Below are positions 29,910-40,283 of a stretch of 63,052 nt of DNA, piece after piece. Each line of letters starts with the position of its first letter. Position 1 is the first letter of the stretch. The translations under genes and the position numbers were made by a program. A model generated the notes under the pieces. That model was not told where the DNA came from, did not search any database, and saw only the letters and a list, made by a program, of their open reading frames with translations. Source of the DNA: an uncultured Chitinophaga sp. (lineage in GTDB: Bacteria; Bacteroidota; Bacteroidia; UKL13-3); NCBI GenBank assembly GCA_964545895.1, contig CAZJHS010000007.1:1-63052 (forward strand). Direction: 5' to 3'.

Positions 29910-31571
29910 TTAACTGAGGTATTTTGCTACAATTGGCATGCGCCTACCTGGCCCAAACGATTTGGATGAAACACGCAATACAGGAGGTGCCTGAATACGT
30001 TTCCATTCGTTGTTATTAACCATGCGCAACACTCTATTTACTAAAGTTTCATCAAAGCCTAATGCAATAATTTCTTTAGGACTTTTACGCATTTCAATAT
30101 ACAAGCCTAAAATAGCATCAAGTATTTCGTATTCAGGTAACGAATCGCTATCCTTTTGCCCTGGACGTAACTCGGCCGAAGGTGCTTTTGTAATGGTATT
30201 AAGTGGGATTATTTCTTGTTTACGATTTATAAAATTGCACAATTCATACACTTCTGTTTTGTATAAATCGCCAATTACAGAAAGGCCACCACACATATCG
30301 CCATAAAGCGTTCCGTAACCTACAGCAAGCTCACTTTTGTTTGATGTATTTAATAAAATGTAACCAAACTTATTGCTTAAAGCCATTAGTATAACACCTC
30401 TGCTGCGCGATTGCATATTTTCTTCGGCAATGTTAAAAGGTAGTCCTGCAAAATATGGATCAAGTGTTTTTTCTAACGCCAAATAGGTTTGTTCTATATT
30501 TATAATATCGTAGCTAACACCTAAATTATTGGCTAATGCAACAGCATCATCAATACTATGCTGGCTTGAGTACTGAGAAGGTAACAATACCGCTTTTACA
30601 TTTTCGGCACCTAAAGCCTCAGCCGCTAAAACCAAAACTAAAGCCGAATCGATACCACCACTTAAACCCAATACTGCTTTGGTAAATCCTTGTTTCGAAA
30701 AATACTCGCGTATGCCTAAAACAAGCGCTTTATAAATGCGTTCAATAGGCATCATTTGAATTACATTCATAGGTTCGGTTGATGTAATTTGTGCCTTATT
30801 ATTTGCAAGGTTTAAGGTATATGTTTTTCGTTGCTCTTCAAAAAAAGCCAATGTATCTATTACAGTAGCATCATGGTTTAGCACCATGCTACCACCATCA
30901 AAAATAAGTTGTGTTTGTGCACCGTAATGATTAACATAAAACAGCGGTATTTTATACTTTAATACATTATCAACCATTACTTGCTTGCGTATTTCGGCTT
31001 GATTTTTATTGAATGGCGAAGCCGCAATATTTATCATTACATCAGGATATTGTTTCATCAACTCGTCCATAGGATTAATGGTATACATTGGATTATCATT
31101 AATATTCCAAAGATCTTCACATACCGTCAAAGCTATTTTTATCCCTTTGTATTCAATAATATCAAATGTGTTATTAGGTTCAAAATACCTGTACTCATCA
31201 AAAATATCGTAGTTGGGTAAAAGTGTTTTATGGCGCAATGCCATTACTTTTTCATCGGCTAAAAACCAAGCCGAGTTGTATAGATCTTTACCTGCAACAA
31301 CCGGATTTACGCTTGGTGCACCAACTATTGCAGCAATACCTTTGCAACTTTGTGCAATGGTTTCTACACTGGTTTTGCATTGCTCAATAAAATCTGCAAA
31401 CTCTAAAAAATCGCGCGGAGGATAACCACAAACACATAATTCAGAAAACACAATTAAATCAACCTGCTCAAGCTTTGCAGCTTCAATTTGGCTTATAATT
31501 TTATTGGTGTTATACTCAAAATTACCTGTATGATAATCGAGCTGAGCAATAGATATTTTTAACTCCTGCAC
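29910..31571 (-). CDS. nadE: Glutamine-dependent NAD+ synthetase
   Basis: Nitrilase domain (FSELCVCGYPPRD, KTLLPNYDIFDEYRYF, VCEDLW) plus LGLSGGIDSA, NTSNKSE, PSAELRPGQ. Confidence 0.95.
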   Translation of the reverse strand: MQELKISIAQLDYHTGNFEYNTNKIISQIEAAKLEQVDLIVFSELCVCGYPPRDFLEFADFIEQCKTSVETIAQSCKGIAAIVGAPSVNPVVAGKDLYNSAWFLADEKVMALRHKTLLPNYDIFDEYRYFEPNNTFDIIEYKGIKIALTVCEDLWNINDNPMYTINPMDELMKQYPDVMINIAASPFNKNQAEIRKQVMVDNVLKYKIPLFYVNHYGAQTQLIFDGGSMVLNHDATVIDTLAFFEEQRKTYTLNLANNKAQITSTEPMNVIQMMPIERIYKALVLGIREYFSKQGFTKAVLGLSGGIDSALVLVLAAEALGAENVKAVLLPSQYSSQHSIDDAVALANNLGVSYDIINIEQTYLALEKTLDPYFAGLPFNIAEENMQSRSRGVILMALSNKFGYILLNTSNKSELAVGYGTLYGDMCGGLSVIGDLYKTEVYELCNFINRKQEIIPLNTITKAPSAELRPGQKDSDSLPEYEILDAILGLYIEMRKSPKEIIALGFDETLVNRVLRMVNNNEWKRIQAPPVLRVSSKSFGPGRRMPIVAKYLS

Positions 31572-31576
31572 TATCT

Positions 31577-32299
31577 CTAAAATAAAACGCCAATATTTAA
31601 ACTAACTGCATGCATTTTGGCTTTCCAATTATCATCTTTAGTATAATTGGTCATTGCGCTATTATACCTTAATGAGCCAACTATAAGCGTATTGCCAAAA
31701 ACATTGTATTGCGTACCTATGCCTATTATATAACCCGCTCTATAAAACGATACATCATCGGTATAAGTAATACTTGGACTACTTTTAGTTACCACTTTAA
31801 ACTCATCAACTTTATCAGGATTATTAATGGTTACATCTTTTAAATCAAAACCTGGAGTTGAAACATTAGCCAACCCTTTTACTAAAAACGCATTATCCAA
31901 ACCAAAATCGGCAAAATAACGGAAGTACCCAATTTCTTTGGTACGCATGCGTAACATAAGCGGCACGTTTACGTAACGTAAATTATAATCGTATTTAATG
32001 GTAATGTTTTGTTGGGTTGATGAACTTGAACTCCTTACCACTTCCACATCAGCAGCATGTAAACTGCCACTGTAATTGGTTACACTAATCTCTGAGGCAA
32101 AGGCATAGTTTTCATTAAAATAGTAATCAATCATCAATCCATAACCAAAATTAACACTACTGCTAGGCGTGGTAATAGATTTGCTTTCGGTTGATGACCA
32201 AGTGATTTGTGGTGCTATTTTTAAACCAAATTTTATTTGTGCACTTAACTCACAAACACCTGTGGCAAATAAAGCCAACATCAATACTAACTTCTTCAT
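31577..32299 (-). CDS. PorT-like outer-membrane beta-barrel protein
   Basis: Signal peptide, KFGLKIAP, YVNVPLMLRMRT, C-terminal IGVLF. Confidence 0.7.
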   Translation of the reverse strand: MKKLVLMLALFATGVCELSAQIKFGLKIAPQITWSSTESKSITTPSSSVNFGYGLMIDYYFNENYAFASEISVTNYSGSLHAADVEVVRSSSSSTQQNITIKYDYNLRYVNVPLMLRMRTKEIGYFRYFADFGLDNAFLVKGLANVSTPGFDLKDVTINNPDKVDEFKVVTKSSPSITYTDDVSFYRAGYIIGIGTQYNVFGNTLIVGSLRYNSAMTNYTKDDNWKAKMHAVSLNIGVLF

Positions 32300-32316
32300 T
32301 ATACTTGTACTTAAAT

Positions 32317-33375
32317 ATGAAAAACTTTGGCAATATAACTATATGGGCGGTAATGTGTATCATACTGCTTATATCTTCGTGCGGTGGGTGCAATAAAACA
32401 AGTTCTAACCAGCCCCGACCAGCCATTGAAGCTGCTAAATATCCCATTAAGCTTGAGCGATTTGAGCAAGAATTATTTAACCTTGACACTACAAAATTAG
32501 CAAGCGAGTTGCTTAAACTTAGCCAAAAATATGGGGTATTTTACACCTCATTTGCTAATGATATTATGCGCATGCCTGCAGTACCTAACGATACCTTGTT
32601 TATCAAACCAATGCGTATACTTTTAGGTATTGCACGTTTACACGAGTTGCAACAAATTGTAGACAGCAATTTTAGCGACATGAGCGATATTGAAAATGAA
32701 TTGAGTTTAGCCATGGGAATTTACCACCAAGAGTTCCCGAAAGCGATGGTTCCTAAGTTTACTACCTTTGTAAGCGAGTTTGGTAATGGAAACATTATTT
32801 ACGAAGACCGTATTTGTATTGGTCTTGATTTTTACATGAACAAGCGCTTTTTAGATTTTTACAGAAGTAAAAGTCTTGGATTTCCTGAATTTATGATTGC
32901 TAAAATGCAACGCAATTACATAGTACCTAACGCAATTAAAGCATTAGGAATTGGCATGTACGATTACCAATCAACCAACGATAAACGCTTTTTAGCACAA
33001 ATATTAGTTGAAGGTAAAATACGTTACTTTATGAAAGCTCTTTTGCCACAAGTACACGATAGCATTATAATGGGTTACACGCAAGCACAATTAGATTGGT
33101 GCGAAAAAAATAACGTAGAGATATGGACGCATTTTGTTGACAAAAACATGCTTTACGAAAGTGAACCGGGTAAGTTTATGCGTTACTTAAATGATGGACC
33201 TTTTACTGTTGCCGAAGATGTTCCTAAAGAATCATCGCCTGCAATTGGTACTTGGACCGGATGGCAAATAATTAACCACTATATGGCCCAAAATCCTAAG
33301 GTAACTTTACAGCAATTAATGAATGATACTAACTTTGATAAGATACTTAAACAAAGCAAGTACAGACCTAAGTAA
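32317..33375 (+). CDS. gldB: Gliding motility lipoprotein GldB
   Basis: ATG 32317, lipobox ISSC; ICIGLDFYM, GKIRYF, IMGYTQAQLDWC, GPFT, IGTWTGWQII; adjacent to nadE. Confidence 0.85.
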   Translation: MKNFGNITIWAVMCIILLISSCGGCNKTSSNQPRPAIEAAKYPIKLERFEQELFNLDTTKLASELLKLSQKYGVFYTSFANDIMRMPAVPNDTLFIKPMRILLGIARLHELQQIVDSNFSDMSDIENELSLAMGIYHQEFPKAMVPKFTTFVSEFGNGNIIYEDRICIGLDFYMNKRFLDFYRSKSLGFPEFMIAKMQRNYIVPNAIKALGIGMYDYQSTNDKRFLAQILVEGKIRYFMKALLPQVHDSIIMGYTQAQLDWCEKNNVEIWTHFVDKNMLYESEPGKFMRYLNDGPFTVAEDVPKESSPAIGTWTGWQIINHYMAQNPKVTLQQLMNDTNFDKILKQSKYRPK

Positions 33376-33490
33376 AACCACATCTTATATAAAAATAACC
33401 CCTAACAATACCCAATTAATAATAATTAATATAATTACAGACCAAATCATTTAATTTGATACTAATATAGTAGTCATAACCATATTTACT

Positions 33491-33919
33491 ATGCCCGAAT
33501 TAAATCCCCTAATTTATATTGTGGCGGCAATTTGTTTTCTGTATTTAGTGTTGATGTATGTGCTTCAAAAATCAAAATCGCGCAAACATGAAAAAACTAT
33601 TATTGATGCAAAAACCGCTTACGATGAAGCTCAATCACAACTAAAAGAAAGTAGAAATAAATTGCTAGATACCATATCAAGCATATACGGTAACGAATAT
33701 GGCTATATGGTGCGCAATGGTGAAATGTGGATTGGTATGCCTACCCAGTTGCTGCTTATTGCCAAAGGAAAAGCCAATAACATTAAACAAACTGCAGATA
33801 CTAATGCCGTAATGCAAACCTGGATTTACAACAAAGTAGATCAGTTTGGTAAAACACAAAGTTCGTTAGAGATTAACATCAAAAACGGATTGGTACTTAA
33901 ATGGGATGAAAAATATTAA
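33491..33919 (+). CDS. Hypothetical membrane-anchored protein
   Basis: N-terminal TM, coiled coil, C-terminal WIGMP...TWIY small domain. Confidence 0.65.
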   Translation: MPELNPLIYIVAAICFLYLVLMYVLQKSKSRKHEKTIIDAKTAYDEAQSQLKESRNKLLDTISSIYGNEYGYMVRNGEMWIGMPTQLLLIAKGKANNIKQTADTNAVMQTWIYNKVDQFGKTQSSLEINIKNGLVLKWDEKY

Positions 33920-33930
33920 TTACGCTAAAC

Positions 33931-34641
33931 ATGTCATTTAAAAACTACTACGAAGTACTTGGCGTTTCGCCTAAAGCCCCTGCAGATGAGATTAAGGAGG
34001 CCTACCGCGAAATGGCCAGCAAGTATAAAAATGCCAATAATGCATTAGATGAATACAGCCAAATGATGTTGGGAAACATTAACGAAGCTGTTGAAGTATT
34101 AGCAAACCCAGAGAAAAGAGCAGCCTACGATAAAACGTTAGCATTAATTGATGAGGGAACCAAGGCCGCTGCTGTACATGGTGATATTAGAACAAAAGAT
34201 ATTGCGCTAATTAACGAAGCATCTGAGCGTTATTTTGAACAAGAAAAACACGTAGCCAACAAGCATCAACAATATTTAGCTGCCAAAAACACCAAACCTG
34301 CAACCTATTTTACAACGGTAAAAGTGCTGTTGTGTTTAATTTTAATTGGCGGAACAACCTTTTATTTTCACCCAAATTATTTTGAGTTTGTAAAAGGCAC
34401 TCCTGTTGAAGAACAAAAAGTTTACGAATGGATAACCAATGATACCACCTTAATTTATGCTAAACCTAAAAAGAAAGCAAAGGTGATATTTGGAGTTGCT
34501 AAAAACACTGGATTTAACGTAATAGACGAAACTACGTATTACTATAAAGTTGCGTTTATTGATGAAAAAGGTAAAAACAAATCGGGGTATATAAAAAAGG
34601 ATAACCTAGAAAAAAATAAGGAACTTATTTTAGCTCCATAA
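33931..34641 (+). CDS. J-like domain protein (no HPD) with TM segment and SH3-like C-terminus
   Basis: NYYEVLGV...EIKEAYR...INEAVEVLANPEKRAAYD; KYKN replaces KYHPD; C-terminal YYKVAF...KSGYIKK. Confidence 0.75.
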   Translation: MSFKNYYEVLGVSPKAPADEIKEAYREMASKYKNANNALDEYSQMMLGNINEAVEVLANPEKRAAYDKTLALIDEGTKAAAVHGDIRTKDIALINEASERYFEQEKHVANKHQQYLAAKNTKPATYFTTVKVLLCLILIGGTTFYFHPNYFEFVKGTPVEEQKVYEWITNDTTLIYAKPKKKAKVIFGVAKNTGFNVIDETTYYYKVAFIDEKGKNKSGYIKKDNLEKNKELILAP

Positions 34642-34644
34642 AGG

Positions 34645-35724
34645 TTAATCAACCCAAGTAATATTTAATTTATTAGCCAAGTTTTTCAAGTCAATTACCA
34701 CTTGCTCATTTAATGGAATGCCATGAGTAAGTCGGTGTTGATGCGTTTCAAACTCGGGCTCACCAGGAATAATTACTGGTACATTTTCATCAATTGGAGT
34801 AGCACTTTTAAAACGTGTTATCCAATTATCCATGTGTTGTTTAAAATCATCGGCAGGCCTAAAGGCATCAATGCGCATGGCACCAACAAAATGACCAATT
34901 CCATTACCTGGTAAATTGGGCAATGGATTTAAAAACGATACAAAGGGTGGCACCCAAGGACCATAATTTGCACCACTAAGTACAGCACTAAAAATATCAA
35001 CTACGGCACTTAAACCAAATCCTTTATGCCCTGCTTTAGTTGCACCACTTCCAAGCGGCAACAATACACCACCATCTTTTAATGCATTAGGATCGGTAGT
35101 ATTTGCACCATTTTTATCCATAATCCAACCTTCGGGTACAGGTTTATTAGCCCGTTGAGCAATTTCTAATTTACCATTTGCAGCTGTAGAAGTAGCCAAA
35201 TCAACCACCACCGGAAGTTGCTTGCCTGCCGGAAAAACATAACACATGGGATTGGTTCCTAACATACGCTCGCGGCTGTGTGTTGGTGCAACTAACGGAC
35301 TAGCATTAGTCATAGCAATACCAATCATATCATGTTCTAAAGCCAACATTGCATGGTAAGCAGCAATACCAAAATGGTTTGAATTTTGAATAGCCACCCA
35401 ACCAGTACCTACTTGTTTTGCTTTTTCAATAGCCATTTGCATAGCCTTAGGTGCAACCGTTAAACCTAGGCCACTGTCAGCATCAAGCGTAGCGGTTGAG
35501 GGTGTTTGATGCAACACCTTTATACTTGGATTCATGTTGGCACGATTGGCTTCGTGCAAACGCACATAGCCAGAAAGACGAGCAACACCATGCGAATCTA
35601 TTCCTCGCAAATCGGCAGCTAAAAGTACATCAGCGGCTAATTGCGCATCATCTTCATTCATGCCACGTGCTACAAAAACTGCACGGGTAAATGCCAATAA
35701 TTTTGGATATGAAATGTTTGTCAT
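34645..35724 (-). CDS. Ldh_2-family (malate/L-lactate-type) oxidoreductase
   Basis: ADLRGIDSHGVARL, NSNHFG, GTNP, DLATS, GHKGFGL, IPGE. Confidence 0.9.
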   Translation of the reverse strand: MTNISYPKLLAFTRAVFVARGMNEDDAQLAADVLLAADLRGIDSHGVARLSGYVRLHEANRANMNPSIKVLHQTPSTATLDADSGLGLTVAPKAMQMAIEKAKQVGTGWVAIQNSNHFGIAAYHAMLALEHDMIGIAMTNASPLVAPTHSRERMLGTNPMCYVFPAGKQLPVVVDLATSTAANGKLEIAQRANKPVPEGWIMDKNGANTTDPNALKDGGVLLPLGSGATKAGHKGFGLSAVVDIFSAVLSGANYGPWVPPFVSFLNPLPNLPGNGIGHFVGAMRIDAFRPADDFKQHMDNWITRFKSATPIDENVPVIIPGEPEFETHQHRLTHGIPLNEQVVIDLKNLANKLNITWVD

Positions 35725-35730
35725 TTTAAA

Positions 35731-36450
35731 CTATATGCCTTGCGCTAACACATCGGCAATGTGCATGGTTTTAATTTGTAAATTTTTGTGTTTGATGTAG
35801 CTATCTAAATGCATTAAACAACTAAAATCCGTAGATATGATATACTCTGCACCTGTGGCCAAAGCATTTTCTACTTTTTGCTCGGCCAACGAAACCGATA
35901 TTGGCTCATCTTTTACAGCAAAAGTACCACCAAACCCACAGCAGGTTTCACAATCTTTCATTTCTATTAATTGTAAGCCCTGCACTTTTTCTAACAATAA
36001 ACGTGGCTGACTTTTGATATTGCACTCGCGCAATGCACTGCAAGAATCATGATAAGTAGCTTTGCCCGTTAACATGCTTCCAATGTCATCCACTTTAAGC
36101 ACATCTATCATAAACTCACTTAACTCAAAAATCTTTTTTTGTAGCTGACGAAATCTATTGTGATGCGAAGAGTTTTGGAATAAAAAGTCGTACGAATTTC
36201 TAATCATGCCAACACAACTAGCAGATGGGCTAACCATATATCTATTCAGGTCGGCTTCGGTTAAAAACTTAACGCCTACTTCGCGGGCTTCGTCCCAGTA
36301 ACCTGCATTAAATGCAGCTTGCCCACAGCAAGTTTGCTCTACATTGTAATTAACATGGCAACCTGCTTTTTCTAATACTTTTACTGTATTAAAAGCTGTT
36401 TCTGGCCTAAGTTGGTCAATAAAACACGGTATAAATAAATCAACCTTCAT
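35731..36450 (-). CDS. LutA/YkgE-like CCG-domain Fe-S protein
   Basis: FIPCFID, QTCCGQ, YHDSCSALR, CCGFGGTF, DFSCLMHL. Confidence 0.88.
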   Translation of the reverse strand: MKVDLFIPCFIDQLRPETAFNTVKVLEKAGCHVNYNVEQTCCGQAAFNAGYWDEAREVGVKFLTEADLNRYMVSPSASCVGMIRNSYDFLFQNSSHHNRFRQLQKKIFELSEFMIDVLKVDDIGSMLTGKATYHDSCSALRECNIKSQPRLLLEKVQGLQLIEMKDCETCCGFGGTFAVKDEPISVSLAEQKVENALATGAEYIISTDFSCLMHLDSYIKHKNLQIKTMHIADVLAQGI

Positions 36451-36452
36451 AG

Positions 36453-37853
36453 TTATGGATGGACTGATTTGAAATTTTTAATTTGAGAAATAAATATCAA
36501 CCCTATTATAAAAAATAGCGCAATGGCCAATATAGATGAGCGCATGCTCCCTGTTAAACCATTTATTAAGCCAAAGCTAAAAGTACCTAACACACTGGCC
36601 ATTTTTTCACAAACATCGTAAAAACTAAAATACGATGCAGTATCGGGTGTATTATCAGGTATAATTTTGGCAAAGGTAGAACGCATCATGGATTGAATAC
36701 CACCCATAACCAAACCTACTACAAAAGCTAAAATATAAAATTGGGTATCTTTAGTAACAAAGTATGCGTAGCCACAAATAAATAACCAAACACCAATCAT
36801 GGTGAGCAAGGTGTATATGTTTCCAATTTTGGCTGAAAGTCTAGAAAAAATCCAAGCACCACCAATGGCTACCAGCTGAATTATAAGTACAGTGGCAATA
36901 AGTTTTGGCGTTTCTAATTTCAATTCTTCTTCGCCAAAAAGACTTGCTACATACATTACCGTTTGTACACCCATGCTGGTAAAAAAGAATCCTATTAAAT
37001 ACGTTTTAATAAATGGTTTGTGTTTTAGTTGAGCCCATACTTTTTTCAACTCCTCAAAACCTTTTAAAAACAAATTGCCTTCGTGGGTTCTTTCCTTTTT
37101 AACTTCGGGTACACGGGCAAACATAATTTGAGCAAAACCAGCCCACCAAACACCCACAGAAACAAAAGATAAACGCGTTGCTAATCCTGTATAATATGTT
37201 TTAGCTTGATCTGTAGCATCGGCCAATGTTAAGCCAGGTTGTGCCGCTAATAATTCATTTACTTTTTGTTGAAATGGGAAAAACACATCGGGCATCATAA
37301 TTAATGCTAGGTTCATCAATAGCAAAATTACACTACCAATATATCCCATCGAAAATCCACGTGCACTAACTTTATCGTACTGATCTTCGGTAACAATTTC
37401 GGGTAAAAAAGCATTGTAAAAAACAATACTACCCGAGAAACCAATGAGGCTTAAAATAAAAAGCAAAATACCTACTTCAATATTTGACTGATTAAAGAAA
37501 AACAGCCCAATACAACTTGCCGAACCTAGGTAGCAGAATATTTTTAAGAAAAGTTTTTTATTGTGTTTGTAATCGGCAATACCAGATAATAGTGGGCTTA
37601 AAAAGGCTACTATTAAAAAGCCTAACGAAAGCACAAACGAGTATAATTCGGTACTTAGAACATTTAATCCAAAAATTTTAAGGTGATATTTTCCATCAAC
37701 AAAACCACCTTGAGCCAAGGCTGCTGCTTTACAGATATTATTAAAGTAAATAGGAAATATAGCAGTGGCAATGGTTAATGAAAATACAGAATTGGCCCAA
37801 TCGTACATGGTCCACCAAAAAATTACACGCTTATTGTTTAGTGCAGTATTCAT
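36453..37853 (-). CDS. MFS transporter (Atg22/UMF1-like)
   Basis: WTMYDWANS, FYNAFLPEI, VSARGFSMGYIGS; about 12 TM segments. Confidence 0.88.
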   Translation of the reverse strand: MNTALNNKRVIFWWTMYDWANSVFSLTIATAIFPIYFNNICKAAALAQGGFVDGKYHLKIFGLNVLSTELYSFVLSLGFLIVAFLSPLLSGIADYKHNKKLFLKIFCYLGSASCIGLFFFNQSNIEVGILLFILSLIGFSGSIVFYNAFLPEIVTEDQYDKVSARGFSMGYIGSVILLLMNLALIMMPDVFFPFQQKVNELLAAQPGLTLADATDQAKTYYTGLATRLSFVSVGVWWAGFAQIMFARVPEVKKERTHEGNLFLKGFEELKKVWAQLKHKPFIKTYLIGFFFTSMGVQTVMYVASLFGEEELKLETPKLIATVLIIQLVAIGGAWIFSRLSAKIGNIYTLLTMIGVWLFICGYAYFVTKDTQFYILAFVVGLVMGGIQSMMRSTFAKIIPDNTPDTASYFSFYDVCEKMASVLGTFSFGLINGLTGSMRSSILAIALFFIIGLIFISQIKNFKSVHP

Positions 37854-37970
37854 AGGATGCAATGTATACAAAATAGCCAATAGCATAACATCCTTAAAAC
37901 GTAAGTTATTGTCAACTTATAAACATGATAAAGAAGTATACTATTGGCCTTAAAACGCCTTTTAAAGCGA

Positions 37971-38255
37971 TTAAATCAGTTCAATTTTTTGGATGCAATG
38001 CACGGGTATCATTACACCACCCTTAAGTGTCAACACATCATCAGATGCGGCCCAAACAGTGGTCTCCACTTCTAGCAAGCCATCTTCGCCCATAAAGTAA
38101 ATTTTACTTTTGCCTTTGCTACCATTACCTAGTAACATGGCGTTTTCAATTTGTGCCCTGCGCGCTGTTTTTTCTTCAGTAGTATTTAACACTTCGAAGC
38201 TTACGAACTTTACGTGATGGATGTCTTCTTTGTTAATTATTTTTACTTCGCTCAT
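37971..38255 (-). CDS. Small hypothetical protein
   Basis: ATG 38255 MSEVKII, 94 aa; LGN...K.KI.F and GGVMIPVHCI segments. Confidence 0.65.
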   Translation of the reverse strand: MSEVKIINKEDIHHVKFVSFEVLNTTEEKTARRAQIENAMLLGNGSKGKSKIYFMGEDGLLEVETTVWAASDDVLTLKGGVMIPVHCIQKIELI

Positions 38256-38328
38256 AATTGTATATTGGCTTAATGATATATAAAAGTATACATTAATCGG
38301 GTAAAAGGCAATATTATTGCACACTTAA

Positions 38329-39036
38329 ATGTCAATTTATAGTCAATCAAAAATATTGGGGCAATTAACAGAGCAGCAACTTAAACATAAATTAATGCTG
38401 ATGGATGCGCTGCGAAAGTATGTACCCGATACCGCTTTAGAAATGTGCTGTGAGTTGGTGATGTATTATAAGCTGAATTTACATATTGAGGTTGAGCGTA
38501 AAGGCCGTTACGGTGATTACCATCCAACAATGGGAGGTGGAAACCGCATTACGGTAAACCACAACTTAAATCCGTACGAGTTTTTGATAACTTTTATTCA
38601 CGAGTTAGCTCATCATACCACTTATTTAAAATTTGGCAACAAGGTTGACCACCACGGTAAGGAATGGAAGGCAGAGTTTAAACACAATATGATGCCTTTT
38701 TTAACCGATGAAATTTTCCCTAACGACATTAAGTTTGCTTTGATTGGCCACATGCGTAATCCCAAATACTCGCACAGTGCAGATGTGAAATTGCTGAAAG
38801 TTTTAATGGGATACGATAAAACCAAAAACTACACCACCTTAGATGAAATTAAAGAAGGTGAGCTTTTTAAAATGCCTGGTAAATCAAAAATTATATTAAA
38901 GAAACTTGACACCTTACGCACCTTTACCAACTGTATAGCAGTAGCCACAGGCAAGCGTTATCAAGTGCATACCTTAGCTAAAATAATTCCGTTAACACAA
39001 GATGGAAACCTATTGAACCTAAAAACTAATAGGTAA
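38329..39036 (+). CDS. SprT-like zinc metallopeptidase
   Basis: ITVNHNLN, ITFIHELAH (HExxH), HGKEWK. Confidence 0.88.
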   Translation: MSIYSQSKILGQLTEQQLKHKLMLMDALRKYVPDTALEMCCELVMYYKLNLHIEVERKGRYGDYHPTMGGGNRITVNHNLNPYEFLITFIHELAHHTTYLKFGNKVDHHGKEWKAEFKHNMMPFLTDEIFPNDIKFALIGHMRNPKYSHSADVKLLKVLMGYDKTKNYTTLDEIKEGELFKMPGKSKIILKKLDTLRTFTNCIAVATGKRYQVHTLAKIIPLTQDGNLLNLKTNR

Positions 39037-40275
39037 TATTTGCTCTTGTCCATCGCGCAAAATAGTAACCTTGGTGGTATCTCCTTTTTTAAATAGCGAT
39101 AAACTTTTCATGTACAGTTTCATGTCTGATGTATCAAAATCGCCTAATTTTAAAATTACATCACCACGCTTTAAGCCGGCATTAGATGCGGGCTTACCTA
39201 TTGTTACCCCATCTACTTTTACACCTTTTCCATCATATAAATAATCGGGCATTATACCCAAGGTTACTTTAAAACTTACTTTAGCTGTTGTATCTGATGC
39301 TGTTGGTGTAAACTTTAATTTTCCTTCGTTATTTAATGCGCCAACCAAATGATAAATGTAAGAAACCACTTCGGCTGCACCTGCATAATTAATTAAAGCA
39401 GCATCATCTGTTGGCTTGTGATAATCGTAATGATTGCCTGTAAAAAAATGCACCGCTGGAATATTGATGTAATAAAACGAAGTATGATCGCTTGCGCCTG
39501 TTCCACTCGCATCAAACTTTACTTTAACAGTAGTTGGAATATTTTTTAAGACAGGTTCCCAAACTGGCGAAGTACCAGTACCACTAATAGCAAAACTTTG
39601 TTTGGCAGTATCTAAGCGGCCAACCATATCCATATTAATCATATAGGCCATGGTTGAAGTATCAATAGTTGGATGTTTAGCAAAATAATTACTGCCTAGT
39701 AAACCCTCCTCTTCGCCACTAAAAGCAATAAACAAGTAGTTGTGTTTTTTATACTCCGATGATTTAAGCAAACGAGCCAACTCAATCATAGCAGCAGTGC
39801 CGCTTGCATTATCATCAGCACCGTTATGAATTTGAGGTTTTTCGTTAGCATTTTCTGGGCGATAAGTACTGCTACCAAATTCGTTATAACCTAGGTGATC
39901 GTAGTGTGCGCCAATTATTACCGTGTATGGAGCATTATTATCAATAAAACCCACCACATTATTGCCTACAATAGTAATGGCTTGCGCATCGCTATCGTGG
40001 CCATGCGGATTTGCCATATTTTTTTTAACACTAAATGGCTGTAAATATCCGCTTACACCTTTTGGTGTAACTCCTATTTTTTTAAGTTGATTAGCAATGT
40101 ATTTAGCCGCAGCTTTTTCGCCTTTACTACCCACCAAACGTCCTTCAAGCTTATCATCAGCTAAAAAAGTAATGTGCTTTTTTAGGTTAGTTTCTACCTC
40201 AACTAATTTAGGTTGCTGTGCAAATGCTATACTTGCGCACAATACACTTAAGCAGGTACTCAATATTTTTTTCAT
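39019..40275 (-). CDS. M28-family peptidase with C-terminal PDZ
   Basis: GAHYDHLG, GADDNASG, GEEEGLLGS, SDH, YHKPTDD; PDZ motif LGIMPD...GLKRGDVI. Confidence 0.92.
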   Translation of the reverse strand: MKKILSTCLSVLCASIAFAQQPKLVEVETNLKKHITFLADDKLEGRLVGSKGEKAAAKYIANQLKKIGVTPKGVSGYLQPFSVKKNMANPHGHDSDAQAITIVGNNVVGFIDNNAPYTVIIGAHYDHLGYNEFGSSTYRPENANEKPQIHNGADDNASGTAAMIELARLLKSSEYKKHNYLFIAFSGEEEGLLGSNYFAKHPTIDTSTMAYMINMDMVGRLDTAKQSFAISGTGTSPVWEPVLKNIPTTVKVKFDASGTGASDHTSFYYINIPAVHFFTGNHYDYHKPTDDAALINYAGAAEVVSYIYHLVGALNNEGKLKFTPTASDTTAKVSFKVTLGIMPDYLYDGKGVKVDGVTIGKPASNAGLKRGDVILKLGDFDTSDMKLYMKSLSLFKKGDTTKVTILRDGQEQILPISF

Positions 40276-40283
40276 GATATATT

